This document shows, piece after piece, positions 49,749 through 58,636 of a DNA stretch of 64,000 nucleotides. The notes under the pieces were generated by a model. It was given only the letters and a program-made list of their open reading frames with translations. It was not told the DNA's origin and ran no database searches. Made by a program: the position numbers and the translations under genes. The stretch lies in the NCBI GenBank assembly GCA_046734955.1, contig JBKPSH010000113.1:33518-97517 (forward strand), in the 5' to 3' direction. Source of the stretch: Acidobacteriota bacterium (lineage in GTDB: Bacteria; Acidobacteriota; Vicinamibacteria; Vicinamibacterales; 2-12-FULL-66-21). Positions within the stretch are counted from its first letter, which is position 1, and every line of letters starts with the position of its first letter.

Positions 49749-50678
49749 TTGAAAAAAACTCTACTGGACGCAATCAAGGAACGGCCGCTGCTCGGCGATG
49801 GTGCGATGGGTACGCAACTGATGAGCGCCGGCCTCGAACAGGGCAACTGCGGCGAAGCCTGGAACCTGATACACCCTGAACGCGTCCTCGCGATTCAGCG
49901 TCGATACGTTGACGCCGGCTCGGACTGCCTCCTCACCAACACGTTTGGCGGCAGCCGAATCATGCTGAATCGGCATTCGCATGCTGATGATGTCGTCGCG
50001 GTCAACACGGCTGGCGTCGAACTCGCGCGCGAAGCGTTCGCCGGCCGTGACGGTTATGTGATTGGTGACATTGGTCCGTTCGGCGGGCTGATGGAGCCCT
50101 ACGGTGAGTTCACCGAGAAGCAGGTGCTGGGCGCCTTCCGCGAGCAGGCGAAAGCGCTGGTGGACGGCGGCGCCGACGCGATCATCATCGAAACACAAAC
50201 TTCGCTGGAGGAACTGGGCCTTGGCTTGACCGCGGCGCGTGAAGCAGGAGCCGCCTGCGTGATCGGGTCTATGGCCTACGACGTCACGCTTGATGGATCA
50301 ACATTTCGGACGATGATGGGCGTGGATCCGGAACGAGCTGCCGAGTTCATGCAGGAGCACGGTGCCGACATCGTCGCGCTGAACTGCGGCACCGGCATGG
50401 ACATGGAACGTGCCCGACACGCGGTGACGCGGTACGTCCAGGTCACCGATCTGCCGATCATGGTACAACCCAACGCCGGACAGCCGAAACTCGTGGACAT
50501 GAAGGTGGTCTACGATGAAACGCCCGACGAGATGGTCGCGGGTGTCGTCCCGTTGCTCGAAGCCGGTGCAAGCATCATCGGAGGGTGCTGCGGTAGCACA
50601 CCGGATCACATCCGTGCGTTCCGGCAGGCGATGGATCAATTCCGAATGGCAAAGCGCCTGCGGCCCGCGCGAGGATAG
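49749..50678 (+). CDS. Homocysteine S-methyltransferase-domain protein
   Basis: 309 aa from a TTG start. Contains LLGDGAMGTQL and the zinc Cys contexts LNCGTG and GGCCGSTPDHI. Confidence 0.85.
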   Translation: MKKTLLDAIKERPLLGDGAMGTQLMSAGLEQGNCGEAWNLIHPERVLAIQRRYVDAGSDCLLTNTFGGSRIMLNRHSHADDVVAVNTAGVELAREAFAGRDGYVIGDIGPFGGLMEPYGEFTEKQVLGAFREQAKALVDGGADAIIIETQTSLEELGLGLTAAREAGAACVIGSMAYDVTLDGSTFRTMMGVDPERAAEFMQEHGADIVALNCGTGMDMERARHAVTRYVQVTDLPIMVQPNAGQPKLVDMKVVYDETPDEMVAGVVPLLEAGASIIGGCCGSTPDHIRAFRQAMDQFRMAKRLRPARG

Positions 50679-50737
50679 CGAGTCTTCGAGCGCCGCAGCG
50701 CGAGCGCGTGGGGGTGGGGCCCCACGCGCATAAAAAA

Positions 50738-51085
50738 ATGATGAAACAGCGGTTGTGTGATGTGAATTCGGCGGCAGTTGCGAAACTGCCGCAGCAGACC
50801 GACGACAAGTCGGGAATCGGCGTCCACTACGTCGACGCGTACATCAAGCCGATGAACGTGAAGCTCGAGAACGGCACCGCGGTCAAGTGCAAGCGGCGCG
50901 GTTTGAAGATCGTGTTGACGGTGGGCACCAAGAAGGGGGAAGGGCTCATGCGACGGCTCGCCGTCAGTCCGGATCCGGTGGTGATGCTGGACGCGGCGCT
51001 GCAGGAAGCGGCGAAGGGAGCGGGGGCGGAGCTGATCGTGGAGAGCGGAACAATGTATCTGAAATTGCTGAATGCTGATTGTTGA
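50738..51085 (+). CDS. Hypothetical protein
   Basis: 115 aa from ATG 50738 with coding-like third-position GC. The last codons (LLNADC*) lie inside the GCTGATT repeat. Confidence 0.45.
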   Translation: MMKQRLCDVNSAAVAKLPQQTDDKSGIGVHYVDAYIKPMNVKLENGTAVKCKRRGLKIVLTVGTKKGEGLMRRLAVSPDPVVMLDAALQEAAKGAGAELIVESGTMYLKLLNADC

Positions 51086-51136
51086 TTGGCTAAAACCAAT
51101 CAATCAGAAATCAGCAATCGACAATCAGCAATTTCA
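51060..51136. repeat. GCTGATT/AATCAGC heptamer hairpin, copy 2
   Basis: TGAAATTGCTGAATGCTGATTGTTGATTGG, loop CTAAAA, then CCAATCAATCAGAAATCAGCAATCGACAATCAGCAATTTCA. It lies between convergent stops at 51085 and 51141. Confidence 0.8.
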
Positions 51137-51140
51137 CAGC

Positions 51141-52166
51141 TCACCTTTGCACCCGTCCCGACGCGTCACCAGCCGCCAGCGCGTCCACCTCACCAACCGT
51201 TGCGCGATTGAAGTCGCCAGGTATGGTCTGCTTCAACGCACTCGCGGCGACCGCAAAACGCAACGCCGCGTCGTTCGATCGCCCGGTCACTAATCCGTAA
51301 ATCAGTCCCCCGGCAAAGCTGTCGCCACCGCCAATGCGATCGACGAGTCGCACGTTGTAGTGCTGGCTCTGGTGCATGGTCGTTCCGTCCCACAGCACGG
51401 CACTCCAGCCGTTGTCGCTCGCCGACAGGCTCTCGCGCAGTGTGATCGCGACCATCGACGGGCCAAGTTCGCGCGTCACGCGCTCAGCCGCGGCACGATA
51501 CGCGGCGACGTTCAGCGATCCTGACGTGACGTCGGCTCCCGCGACGTCGATACCGAGGACGCACTGCAAATCCTCCTCGTTGGCGATGACGACATCAACG
51601 TCACGCATCAACGGCCGCATCGTCTGCTGCGCCTGCGCCTGGGTCCAAAGCTTTTTACGGTAATTCAGATCAACGCTGATGCGCGCGCCGGCGCGTTTGG
51701 CCGACGCAACGGCTGCCTGAGTGGCCGCTGTGGTCTTTGCCCCAAGCGCCGGAGTTATCCCGGTGACGTGGAACCACGCAGCACCTTTCATGACGCGGTC
51801 CCAATCCACCGCATCCGGCGGCATCTCGCTGATGGCGGAATTCGCGCGATCGTACAAAACGGTGGACGCGCGCTGGCTGGCACCGGTCTCAGTGAAATAG
51901 ATCCCCATCCGGCTGCCGCCGCGAACGATGCCATCCGTCCGCACACCCTCGGCGCGCAGCGCGCGCACTGCAGCGTCGCCAATGGCATTCGAAGGCAGCC
52001 GGGTCACGTAACTGCTGTCGAGACCGAACTGCGCGAGACTGACAGCGACATTTGCTTCTCCGCCGCCGAACGTCGCGCAGAGCATCGGTGATTGCAGGAG
52101 TCGCTCGAATCCCGGCGGGCCGAGCCGCAGCATCAGCTCACCGAATGTGACGACCGGCGCGGTCAT
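51141..52166 (-). CDS. kdgK: 2-dehydro-3-deoxygluconokinase (PfkB family)
   Basis: ATG 52166 gives [15 protein letters not shown]...[17 protein letters not shown]-terminal [10 protein letters not shown] is present. Confidence 0.85.
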   Translation of the reverse strand: MTAPVVTFGELMLRLGPPGFERLLQSPMLCATFGGGEANVAVSLAQFGLDSSYVTRLPSNAIGDAAVRALRAEGVRTDGIVRGGSRMGIYFTETGASQRASTVLYDRANSAISEMPPDAVDWDRVMKGAAWFHVTGITPALGAKTTAATQAAVASAKRAGARISVDLNYRKKLWTQAQAQQTMRPLMRDVDVVIANEEDLQCVLGIDVAGADVTSGSLNVAAYRAAAERVTRELGPSMVAITLRESLSASDNGWSAVLWDGTTMHQSQHYNVRLVDRIGGGDSFAGGLIYGLVTGRSNDAALRFAVAASALKQTIPGDFNRATVGEVDALAAGDASGRVQR

Positions 52167-52825
52167 TTCGCTCTCGCTGCCTTCACGTTTTCGACAAACC
52201 TCCGCGCGTTGGCGGTAATGACAGCGAAGTTGCCGGTCTCGATTGCCTTGGCATCCAGCAGCGACGATCCGGCCGCGACGGCGACGGCACCGGCGCGGAT
52301 CCAGTCGCCCGCGTTGTCCGGTGTTACACCACCCGTCGGCATCAGCTTGACTTGCGGCAGTGGTGCACGAACGTCCTTGATGTATTGAGGTCCAAGCGTC
52401 GTCGCGGGGAACACTTTGACGATGTCGGCGCCCGCGTCGTGTGCCTCGAGGATCTCGGTTGGAGTGAAGCAGCCAGGAGCGGCGGGAACACCGCGCTCGT
52501 GGCACGCCTCGATCACTGATCGCCTGAACACCGGGGAAATAACAAACTGGGCACCGGCATCGACAACCGCCCGAGCAGTTTCAGAATCAATCACCGTGCC
52601 GGCACCAAGCAGGAAACCTTCGGGCAGCGTCGGCGCGAGGCCGCGTATCAACTCGACGGCTCCAGGCACCGTCATCGTGACCTCCAGCGCGCGCACACCG
52701 CCGGCCATAATCGCGTCCACGACCGCTCGCAGTTTGCCCGGGTCACGCAGGCGAATGACAGCGACAATGCCGAGCTCTTCGATCTGTCGGACGGTTGCAC
52801 TTCGATCAAGCATGACTTTGTTCAT
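52163..52825 (-). CDS. eda: KDPG / 4-hydroxy-2-oxoglutarate aldolase
   Basis: ATG 52825 ([12 protein letters not shown]). Contains [10 protein letters not shown] and the Schiff-base Lys context [12 protein letters not shown] overlap with kdgK. Confidence 0.88.
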   Translation of the reverse strand: MNKVMLDRSATVRQIEELGIVAVIRLRDPGKLRAVVDAIMAGGVRALEVTMTVPGAVELIRGLAPTLPEGFLLGAGTVIDSETARAVVDAGAQFVISPVFRRSVIEACHERGVPAAPGCFTPTEILEAHDAGADIVKVFPATTLGPQYIKDVRAPLPQVKLMPTGGVTPDNAGDWIRAGAVAVAAGSSLLDAKAIETGNFAVITANARRFVENVKAARAK

Positions 52826-53622
52826 GGATTGACAGCCTCGTGAATCCAACGGTGATCCGGATCTTCGTGGAGCGCGAGTTTTCGCTCCGCGCCCGCCATT
52901 GCCCACAAGTAGTACAAACAGTAGCCGGGTGGAGACGACACCGGATGATATCCGTACGGCAACAACACAGCATCGCCGTCGCGAACGACGTGTGAGATGC
53001 ACTCGCCGTCGGCGGTATACAGCAGCTGCTGACCGAAGCCCTGGGGAGGATTAATTCGGAAGTAATACACCTCTTCGAGGGTCGGCTCACCATCCTTGCC
53101 GTCGTGCTTGTGCGGTGGAAAACTGCTCCAATGCCCTGCCGGGTTGAACGTCTCGCCGACCATGATTCGCTGCGCGATCGAATCGTGTACGAAAATGTCG
53201 TGCACCTCGCGCGCGTAGTTTCCACGACCCCGTGCATTCACGCGGACATCGGCGGGTGATACACATGCCGGCGAACCGCCGCGTGGTGCCGGTGTCGAGA
53301 CGACAATTGCCTCGAACTCTGACGTCGGCACGATTGCGATCGATTCGTCCGCCGGCGCGTAGACCGCGCTGGCACGTTCCTCGAAAACGTCCCTTCGGCT
53401 GACCTCGAATTTCTGTCCTGCAACCGTAACCGTTGCTACGCCGCTTTGTACGACGAGCACAGATTCCTCCCCGGGGACGTGACACTGCGCCTCCGTGCCG
53501 GGTGACAAACGGACTCGCCAGGTCGTCAGCTCACGCGCCCCGCCGTCACCGCGGCACTGGAGGCATTGGGGTCCAGGTTGCCGGGGCAGCCGGTAGAGGG
53601 TGTCGCGCAACATGAAGGACAT
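52822..53622 (-). CDS. IolB/KduI-family sugar isomerase (5-deoxy-glucuronate isomerase-like)
   Basis: ATG 53622 (MSFMLRDT). IolB-type cupin motif GHWSSFPPHKHDGKDGEPTLEEVYYF. ATGA overlap with eda. Confidence 0.78.
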   Translation of the reverse strand: MSFMLRDTLYRLPRQPGPQCLQCRGDGGARELTTWRVRLSPGTEAQCHVPGEESVLVVQSGVATVTVAGQKFEVSRRDVFEERASAVYAPADESIAIVPTSEFEAIVVSTPAPRGGSPACVSPADVRVNARGRGNYAREVHDIFVHDSIAQRIMVGETFNPAGHWSSFPPHKHDGKDGEPTLEEVYYFRINPPQGFGQQLLYTADGECISHVVRDGDAVLLPYGYHPVSSPPGYCLYYLWAMAGAERKLALHEDPDHRWIHEAVNP

Positions 53623-53641
53623 GCTAACCTGCGCCGGAGTC

Positions 53642-54415
53642 ATGTCGAAAAACCTTTTCAGTCTAGAAGGACGCGTTGCCGTTGTTGTCGGGGGAACGAG
53701 CGGGATTGGACGAGTGCTGGCGCTGGGACTCGCGGATGCGGGCGCCGATGTCGTCGCGACCGCACGTCGGGCGCCGCTCGTGGAAGAGGTCGCCGCCGCG
53801 ATCGCGGCAAAAGGACGAAAAACGTTGCGGATCGCGACCGACGTGCTCGACCGGTCGTCGCTCACCCAGGCCGCCGACGCGATCCAGAAGGCATTCGGTC
53901 ACATCGACATCGTGGTCTACTGCGCGGGCATCAACAAGAGAGTTCCGACGATCGATATGACCGACGAAGACTGGCAGCGCATCATCGATACGAACCTGAC
54001 CGGGGCGGTGCGGACATATCAAGTGTTTGCCAGGCCGATGATGGCGCGGCGATCCGGCAGGCTCATCGGCATTGCCTCTCTCTCCTCGTTTGTCGGCCTT
54101 CACGAGGTCAGCGCCTACACCGCATCGAAAGCTGGGATCGCCGGATTGACCCGCGCGCTCGCGGTAGAGTGGGCGCCGCATGGTTTGACCGTCAACGCGA
54201 TCGCTCCCGGCGTGTATCGCACCGAGTTGAATGCAAAGCTCCTCGAAGGACCGCGAGGTCAGGAATTCCTGCTTCGCACGCCGATGAAACGCTACGGTAA
54301 TCTTGAAGAGCTCGTCGGGGCCGCGGTGTATCTTGCGTCCGACGCGTCGACGTTCGTGACCGGACAAGTGATCGCGGTCGACGGCGGGTTCCTCGCCAGT
54401 GGAGTGAACCAGTGA
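53642..54415 (+). CDS. SDR-family oxidoreductase (KduD/gluconate 5-dehydrogenase-like)
   Basis: ATG 53642 (MSKNLFSLEGRVAVVVGGTSGIG). YxxxK motif YTASKAGIAGL. Confidence 0.85.
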   Translation: MSKNLFSLEGRVAVVVGGTSGIGRVLALGLADAGADVVATARRAPLVEEVAAAIAAKGRKTLRIATDVLDRSSLTQAADAIQKAFGHIDIVVYCAGINKRVPTIDMTDEDWQRIIDTNLTGAVRTYQVFARPMMARRSGRLIGIASLSSFVGLHEVSAYTASKAGIAGLTRALAVEWAPHGLTVNAIAPGVYRTELNAKLLEGPRGQEFLLRTPMKRYGNLEELVGAAVYLASDASTFVTGQVIAVDGGFLASGVNQ

Positions 54416-54765
54416 GCCAGGTGCCGGCGCTCGTGATCAGTGCGCGCGACAACGTCGCGACCGCGTTGCAACCGCTCGAAGCGGGTCAGACGATCAGAGT
54501 CGGCGATGAATCGATTACCGTCGCGGAGCAGACTCCACGCGGTCACAAGATTGCCCTGCGTCTGATTCGCAAGGGCGAAGTGGTCGTGAAGTACGGAAGC
54601 ACAATCGGCACGGCAACAGACGACATCCCCGCCGGTGCGCACGTACATACCCACAACGTCGCCAGTGGCCGCGGCCGCGGCGACCTGCACACGATTGCCG
54701 CAGAGGGCCCGCGGTTGGCCGAGCCGCCTGATCTCTCGCCGGTCACGGGGAAAACCGCGCAATGA
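54412..54765 (+). CDS. UxaA-family dehydratase, N-terminal SAF-domain subunit
   Basis: 117 aa with ISARDNVATALQPLEAGQ and PRGHKIAL. The GTG overlaps the SDR stop. Confidence 0.8.
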   Translation: MSQVPALVISARDNVATALQPLEAGQTIRVGDESITVAEQTPRGHKIALRLIRKGEVVVKYGSTIGTATDDIPAGAHVHTHNVASGRGRGDLHTIAAEGPRLAEPPDLSPVTGKTAQ

Positions 54766-55934
54766 ACGCGCTCACGTTCTCCGGCTACAGGCGGACCGAC
54801 GGCCGTGTTGGCGTCCGCAACCATGTGCTCGTCGTCCCGACCGTGATTTGCGCGTCGGTCGTCGCCGAGAGAATCGCGGACGCGATCGGACCAACAGGCG
54901 CGGCGCTGCCACATCTCGCCGGCTGCGGTCAGCTGGGACCCGATCGTCTCCTCACGCACGAGACGCTCGCCGCATACTGCGCGCATCCGAATGTCGGTGC
55001 GGTGGTGGTTGTCGCACTCGGATGCGAGCAGGTGATCGCCCAGCATCTGGCGAACGCGGCGCGAACTGCGGGAAAGCCCGCCGCAGTCATTGCGATTCAG
55101 AGTGAAGGCGGGACCGTTCGAACGACCGCGCGCGGCATCGAGATCGCGGCTTCGTTCGCCGCGTCGCTCGAGAGCGAACCGCGTGTCCCCTGTGACGTTT
55201 CATCTTTGATTCTGTGTGTAAAGTGCGGCGGCTCAGACTACACCTCCGGCCTGGCGGCAAACCCCGCGCTGGGCCGGGTGGCCGATCGACTGGTTGATGC
55301 GGGAGGGACGGCGGTGCTCGGTGAAATCGCCGAGATCATGGGCGCCGAGCATCTGCTTGCTGCCCGTGCGGCGTCGCCCGAACCGGCGGCGCAACTGCTC
55401 AGGATCATCAAGCGCGTCGAATCCGAGGCGGTGGCACTCGGGCTCGACATCCGGGGCACACAGCCATCACCCGGAAACATTCGCGGGGGCCTGACGACGA
55501 TCGAAGAGAAGTCTCTCGGCGCCACACACAAAGGCGGCGAGCGAACACCGCTGACTGACGTCGTCCCATATGCCGGCCGCATCACCAAGCGTGGACTGAC
55601 GGTCATGGACACGCCCGGCCTCGACGTCGAGTCGGTGACCGGCATGGTCGGCGGTGGCGCTCAAGTCGTGGTCTTTACCACCGGTCTTGGAACGCCGACA
55701 GGCAATCCGATCGCGCCCGTGATCAAGATCACTGGTAACGCCCAGACTGCTGCCGCCATGGCCGACAATCTCGACGATGACGTGAGCGGCATACTCGACG
55801 GCGCGGAAACACTGGAGATGGCCGCGGATCGGTTGATGGCGGACGTGCTGGCGGTCGCGTCCGGCCGGCCCACCGCCGCCGAGCGACTTGGCCATCGCGA
55901 GTTCGCGATTCATCGCAGGAATCCGACGATATGA
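54762..55934 (+). CDS. UxaA-family (altronate/galactarate-type) dehydratase, large subunit
   Basis: 390 aa with FSGYRRTDGRVGVRNHVLVVPTV and LGCEQV. Confidence 0.85.
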   Translation: MNALTFSGYRRTDGRVGVRNHVLVVPTVICASVVAERIADAIGPTGAALPHLAGCGQLGPDRLLTHETLAAYCAHPNVGAVVVVALGCEQVIAQHLANAARTAGKPAAVIAIQSEGGTVRTTARGIEIAASFAASLESEPRVPCDVSSLILCVKCGGSDYTSGLAANPALGRVADRLVDAGGTAVLGEIAEIMGAEHLLAARAASPEPAAQLLRIIKRVESEAVALGLDIRGTQPSPGNIRGGLTTIEEKSLGATHKGGERTPLTDVVPYAGRITKRGLTVMDTPGLDVESVTGMVGGGAQVVVFTTGLGTPTGNPIAPVIKITGNAQTAAAMADNLDDDVSGILDGAETLEMAADRLMADVLAVASGRPTAAERLGHREFAIHRRNPTI

Positions 55935-55944
55935 ATCATGTTGC

Positions 55945-55974
55945 CGGGATCCGTTGTTCGGGATCCGGGATCCG
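55945..55974. repeat. CGGGATC repeat element, copy B
   Basis: CGGGATCCGTTGTTCGGGATCCGGGATCCG. It differs from copy A (15375-15405) by one substitution over the first 24 nt. Confidence 0.75.
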
Positions 55975-56024
55975 TTTGCGTCACTTCGTGGACTCCGCGT
56001 TTAGGCGGAACTTCAGCGATTGAG

Positions 56025-57320
56025 ATGGCTGTTCCCCTTCAAGCCGACCGACCTGTTGCCGCAACGCGCGTCGGACACGTGCGCTGGGTGATCTGTGCGC
56101 TGCTGTTCTTTGGCACGACCATCAATTACATCGACCGGCAGGTCCTCGGGATCCTGGCGCCGGATCTGCAGCGTGACATCGGGTGGAGCGAGCTCGATTA
56201 CGGACGCATCGTCATCGCGTTCCAGGTGGCCTACGCGGTGATGATGCTGGCGTGGGGACGGATTCTCGACAAGATCGGGACGAAATTGGGATTCGGGATC
56301 GCCGTGGTGTGGTGGTCAGTGGCCGCGATGGGCACCGCGTTCGCGCGATCCGCGATGCAATTCGGCGTCGCGCGCTTCCTGCTGGGCGTCGGAGAGGCGG
56401 CGAACTTTCCTGCATCGATCAAAACCGTCGCCGAGTGGTTTCCCAAGAGCGAACGCGCCTTCGCGACTGGCATCTTCAACTCCGGAACAAACATCGGCGC
56501 CGTTGTTGCTCCGATCATGGTTCCGCTGATGGCCGCGAAATGGGGGTGGCAGGCGGCATTCATCGGCACGGGTGCGCTCGGATTCCTCTGGTTGATTGCG
56601 TGGTGGGCGATCTACTACGGACCCACAGCGCATCCGCGCTTGACCGCCGTCGAGCGTCAACACATTCAGGACGGCATCGACGAACCGGTCACCTCCAGGG
56701 TGCCGGTCAGTGAAGTCCTCGGAAGGCGCCAGCTGTGGGCATTCGCATCGGGAAAACTGCTAACCGATCCGATCTGGTGGTTTTATCTCTTCTGGCTTCC
56801 GAAGTTTCTCGCCCAGGAACATGACATTCGCGGCACGGCGCTGATTCCGTATCTCACAAGTGTTTACATCATCGCCGACTTCGGCTCCGTGATCGGCGGT
56901 TACGTCTCGTCCACTCTCATCAAACGCGGATGGACAGTGAACGCCGCGCGCAAAACGACCATGGGGATCTTCGCGGCGATGGTTCCCTTTGTCATCATTG
57001 CGGGGCAGACGCGAAGCGCATGGCTGGCCGTCGGTCTCATCGGCATGGCCACCGCCTGTCACCAGGCCTGGTCGGCCAATCTGTTCACGCTCTCGTCTGA
57101 CATGTTCCCGCGCCGTGCCGTCGGGACAGTCGTCGGCATCGGCGGGTTCGCCGGGGGGGTGGGCGGCATCCTGATCGCCGAGTTCGCGGGCCGCGTTCTA
57201 CAGCGAGATCCAAGCTTCTATCTGCCGATGTTCGTCGTTGCGGGACTCATTTATCTCGTCGCGCTCGGCGTGATTCATCTTTTCGCGCCGCGCCTCGAGC
57301 GCGTCGACCTGTCGGGCTAA
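56025..57320 (+). CDS. MFS transporter (hexuronate/ACS-family-like)
   Basis: ATG 56025 (MAVPLQADRP). Contains FGTTINYIDRQVLGILAP and has 12-TM character. Confidence 0.85.
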   Translation: MAVPLQADRPVAATRVGHVRWVICALLFFGTTINYIDRQVLGILAPDLQRDIGWSELDYGRIVIAFQVAYAVMMLAWGRILDKIGTKLGFGIAVVWWSVAAMGTAFARSAMQFGVARFLLGVGEAANFPASIKTVAEWFPKSERAFATGIFNSGTNIGAVVAPIMVPLMAAKWGWQAAFIGTGALGFLWLIAWWAIYYGPTAHPRLTAVERQHIQDGIDEPVTSRVPVSEVLGRRQLWAFASGKLLTDPIWWFYLFWLPKFLAQEHDIRGTALIPYLTSVYIIADFGSVIGGYVSSTLIKRGWTVNAARKTTMGIFAAMVPFVIIAGQTRSAWLAVGLIGMATACHQAWSANLFTLSSDMFPRRAVGTVVGIGGFAGGVGGILIAEFAGRVLQRDPSFYLPMFVVAGLIYLVALGVIHLFAPRLERVDLSG

Positions 57321-57322
57321 TC

Positions 57323-58609
57323 ATGACTGTCGATACCAGCGTGCTCGGCACCGGCGCGCCGTCGGCCGATCTCAACGTCACCGACATGGGGCCGATCGTC
57401 GACGCTGCGTTGCACGCGATCAAGCCGGGCTCGCGCGTCCTCGCGGTCGTCTCGGATCGCACGCGCGACGACAACACACCCGAACTCTTTCCGCTCGTCT
57501 CGCAGACACTGGCGCGGATCGGCGCCGCCTCGCTTGACGTTCTGATCGCGCAGGGCACGCACGTCGCGATGAATGATGCCGACAAGCGCGCAAAGATCGG
57601 CGCCGGACTCGCATCGATGCCCCTCCTCGGAACGATTTTCGATCATCACTGGGACCGCCAGTCTGAACTGACGACGCTTGGCACGATCGGCGCCGACGTG
57701 ATCGCACAGGAAACCGGCGGACTGCTGAACGAATCGGTTAAGATTCGGTTGAACGCGCGGCTTGCGCCGGGGCAGTACGATCACGTGCTCGTGCTCGGCG
57801 CGGTGGTGCCACACGAGGTCGCCGGATTCGCAGGAGGAGCGAAGTACTTCTTTCCCGGTGTCGCCGGACCAGAACTGACGCACCTGACTCACTGGCTCGG
57901 GGCGCTCGCCACAATCGAGCGGGTGATCGGCCGGGTCGAAACCCCGACACGGCACCTCATCGAGGCGGCGGCCGCATTCGTTCCTGCGCCCGTAACCGCA
58001 TTCACCACCGTTGCGACTCGCGATGCAGCCGGTCTGAAGACGCGAGCGCTCTTCACCGGGGACATCCGCGGGACCGTACGCCGCGCCGCCGAGATCAGCC
58101 AGCACGTGCACGTCCGCTACACGGACCGCTACTACCCGCGCGTCGTCGCGATCCTCGACGAGCACTACGACGAACTCTGGGTCGGTGGTAAGGCGAGCTA
58201 CAAACTCGGCGGCATCATCGACAAGGGCGGGGAACTGATCATCTACGCGCCGCATCTGTCCGCGATTTCGCTGACGCATGGCGCGCTGATCGAGAAGTAC
58301 GGCTACGCTCCGCTCGAACGCGTCCGCGACATGGTGGAAGGCTCCGACGAACTACGGGCGAACCTCTGTGTGGCCGCCCACCTGGCTCACGTCGCCTATG
58401 CCGGGGAGAAGGGGAACGATGGGGTCGTCGTGCCGCGATACCGCATTACGCTTGCAGCCAACTTGCCAGAGGCGACGACTCGTCGAGTCAATCTCGGCTA
58501 CCTTGATGTGCGGACGTTCGATCCCCGCGACTATCGTGACGACCCGGATACGCTCATTGTCGAGAACGCAGGGCGCGATCTCTATCTCGTGAGTCGGGAA
58601 GGCAGATAG
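57323..58609 (+). CDS. LarA-family (nickel-pincer-dependent 2-hydroxyacid racemase/epimerase-like) protein
   Basis: 428 aa with LIAQGTHVAMN and VVPHEVAGFAGGAKYFFPGV. By eye these align to the catalytic His pair and cofactor-tethering Lys of lactate racemase. It starts 2 nt after the MFS stop. Confidence 0.75.
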   Translation: MTVDTSVLGTGAPSADLNVTDMGPIVDAALHAIKPGSRVLAVVSDRTRDDNTPELFPLVSQTLARIGAASLDVLIAQGTHVAMNDADKRAKIGAGLASMPLLGTIFDHHWDRQSELTTLGTIGADVIAQETGGLLNESVKIRLNARLAPGQYDHVLVLGAVVPHEVAGFAGGAKYFFPGVAGPELTHLTHWLGALATIERVIGRVETPTRHLIEAAAAFVPAPVTAFTTVATRDAAGLKTRALFTGDIRGTVRRAAEISQHVHVRYTDRYYPRVVAILDEHYDELWVGGKASYKLGGIIDKGGELIIYAPHLSAISLTHGALIEKYGYAPLERVRDMVEGSDELRANLCVAAHLAHVAYAGEKGNDGVVVPRYRITLAANLPEATTRRVNLGYLDVRTFDPRDYRDDPDTLIVENAGRDLYLVSREGR

Positions 58610-58636
58610 CCGGGTTCGCTCAAATCAACGTCTTCT

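Noticed and set aside
50704-50729. GC-rich hairpin GCGCGTGGGG...CCCCACGCGC after the homocysteine methyltransferase gene, considered as a terminator.
   Set aside because: It is followed by an A-run (ATAAAAAAA), not a T-run, on the plus strand. No minus-strand gene ends there.
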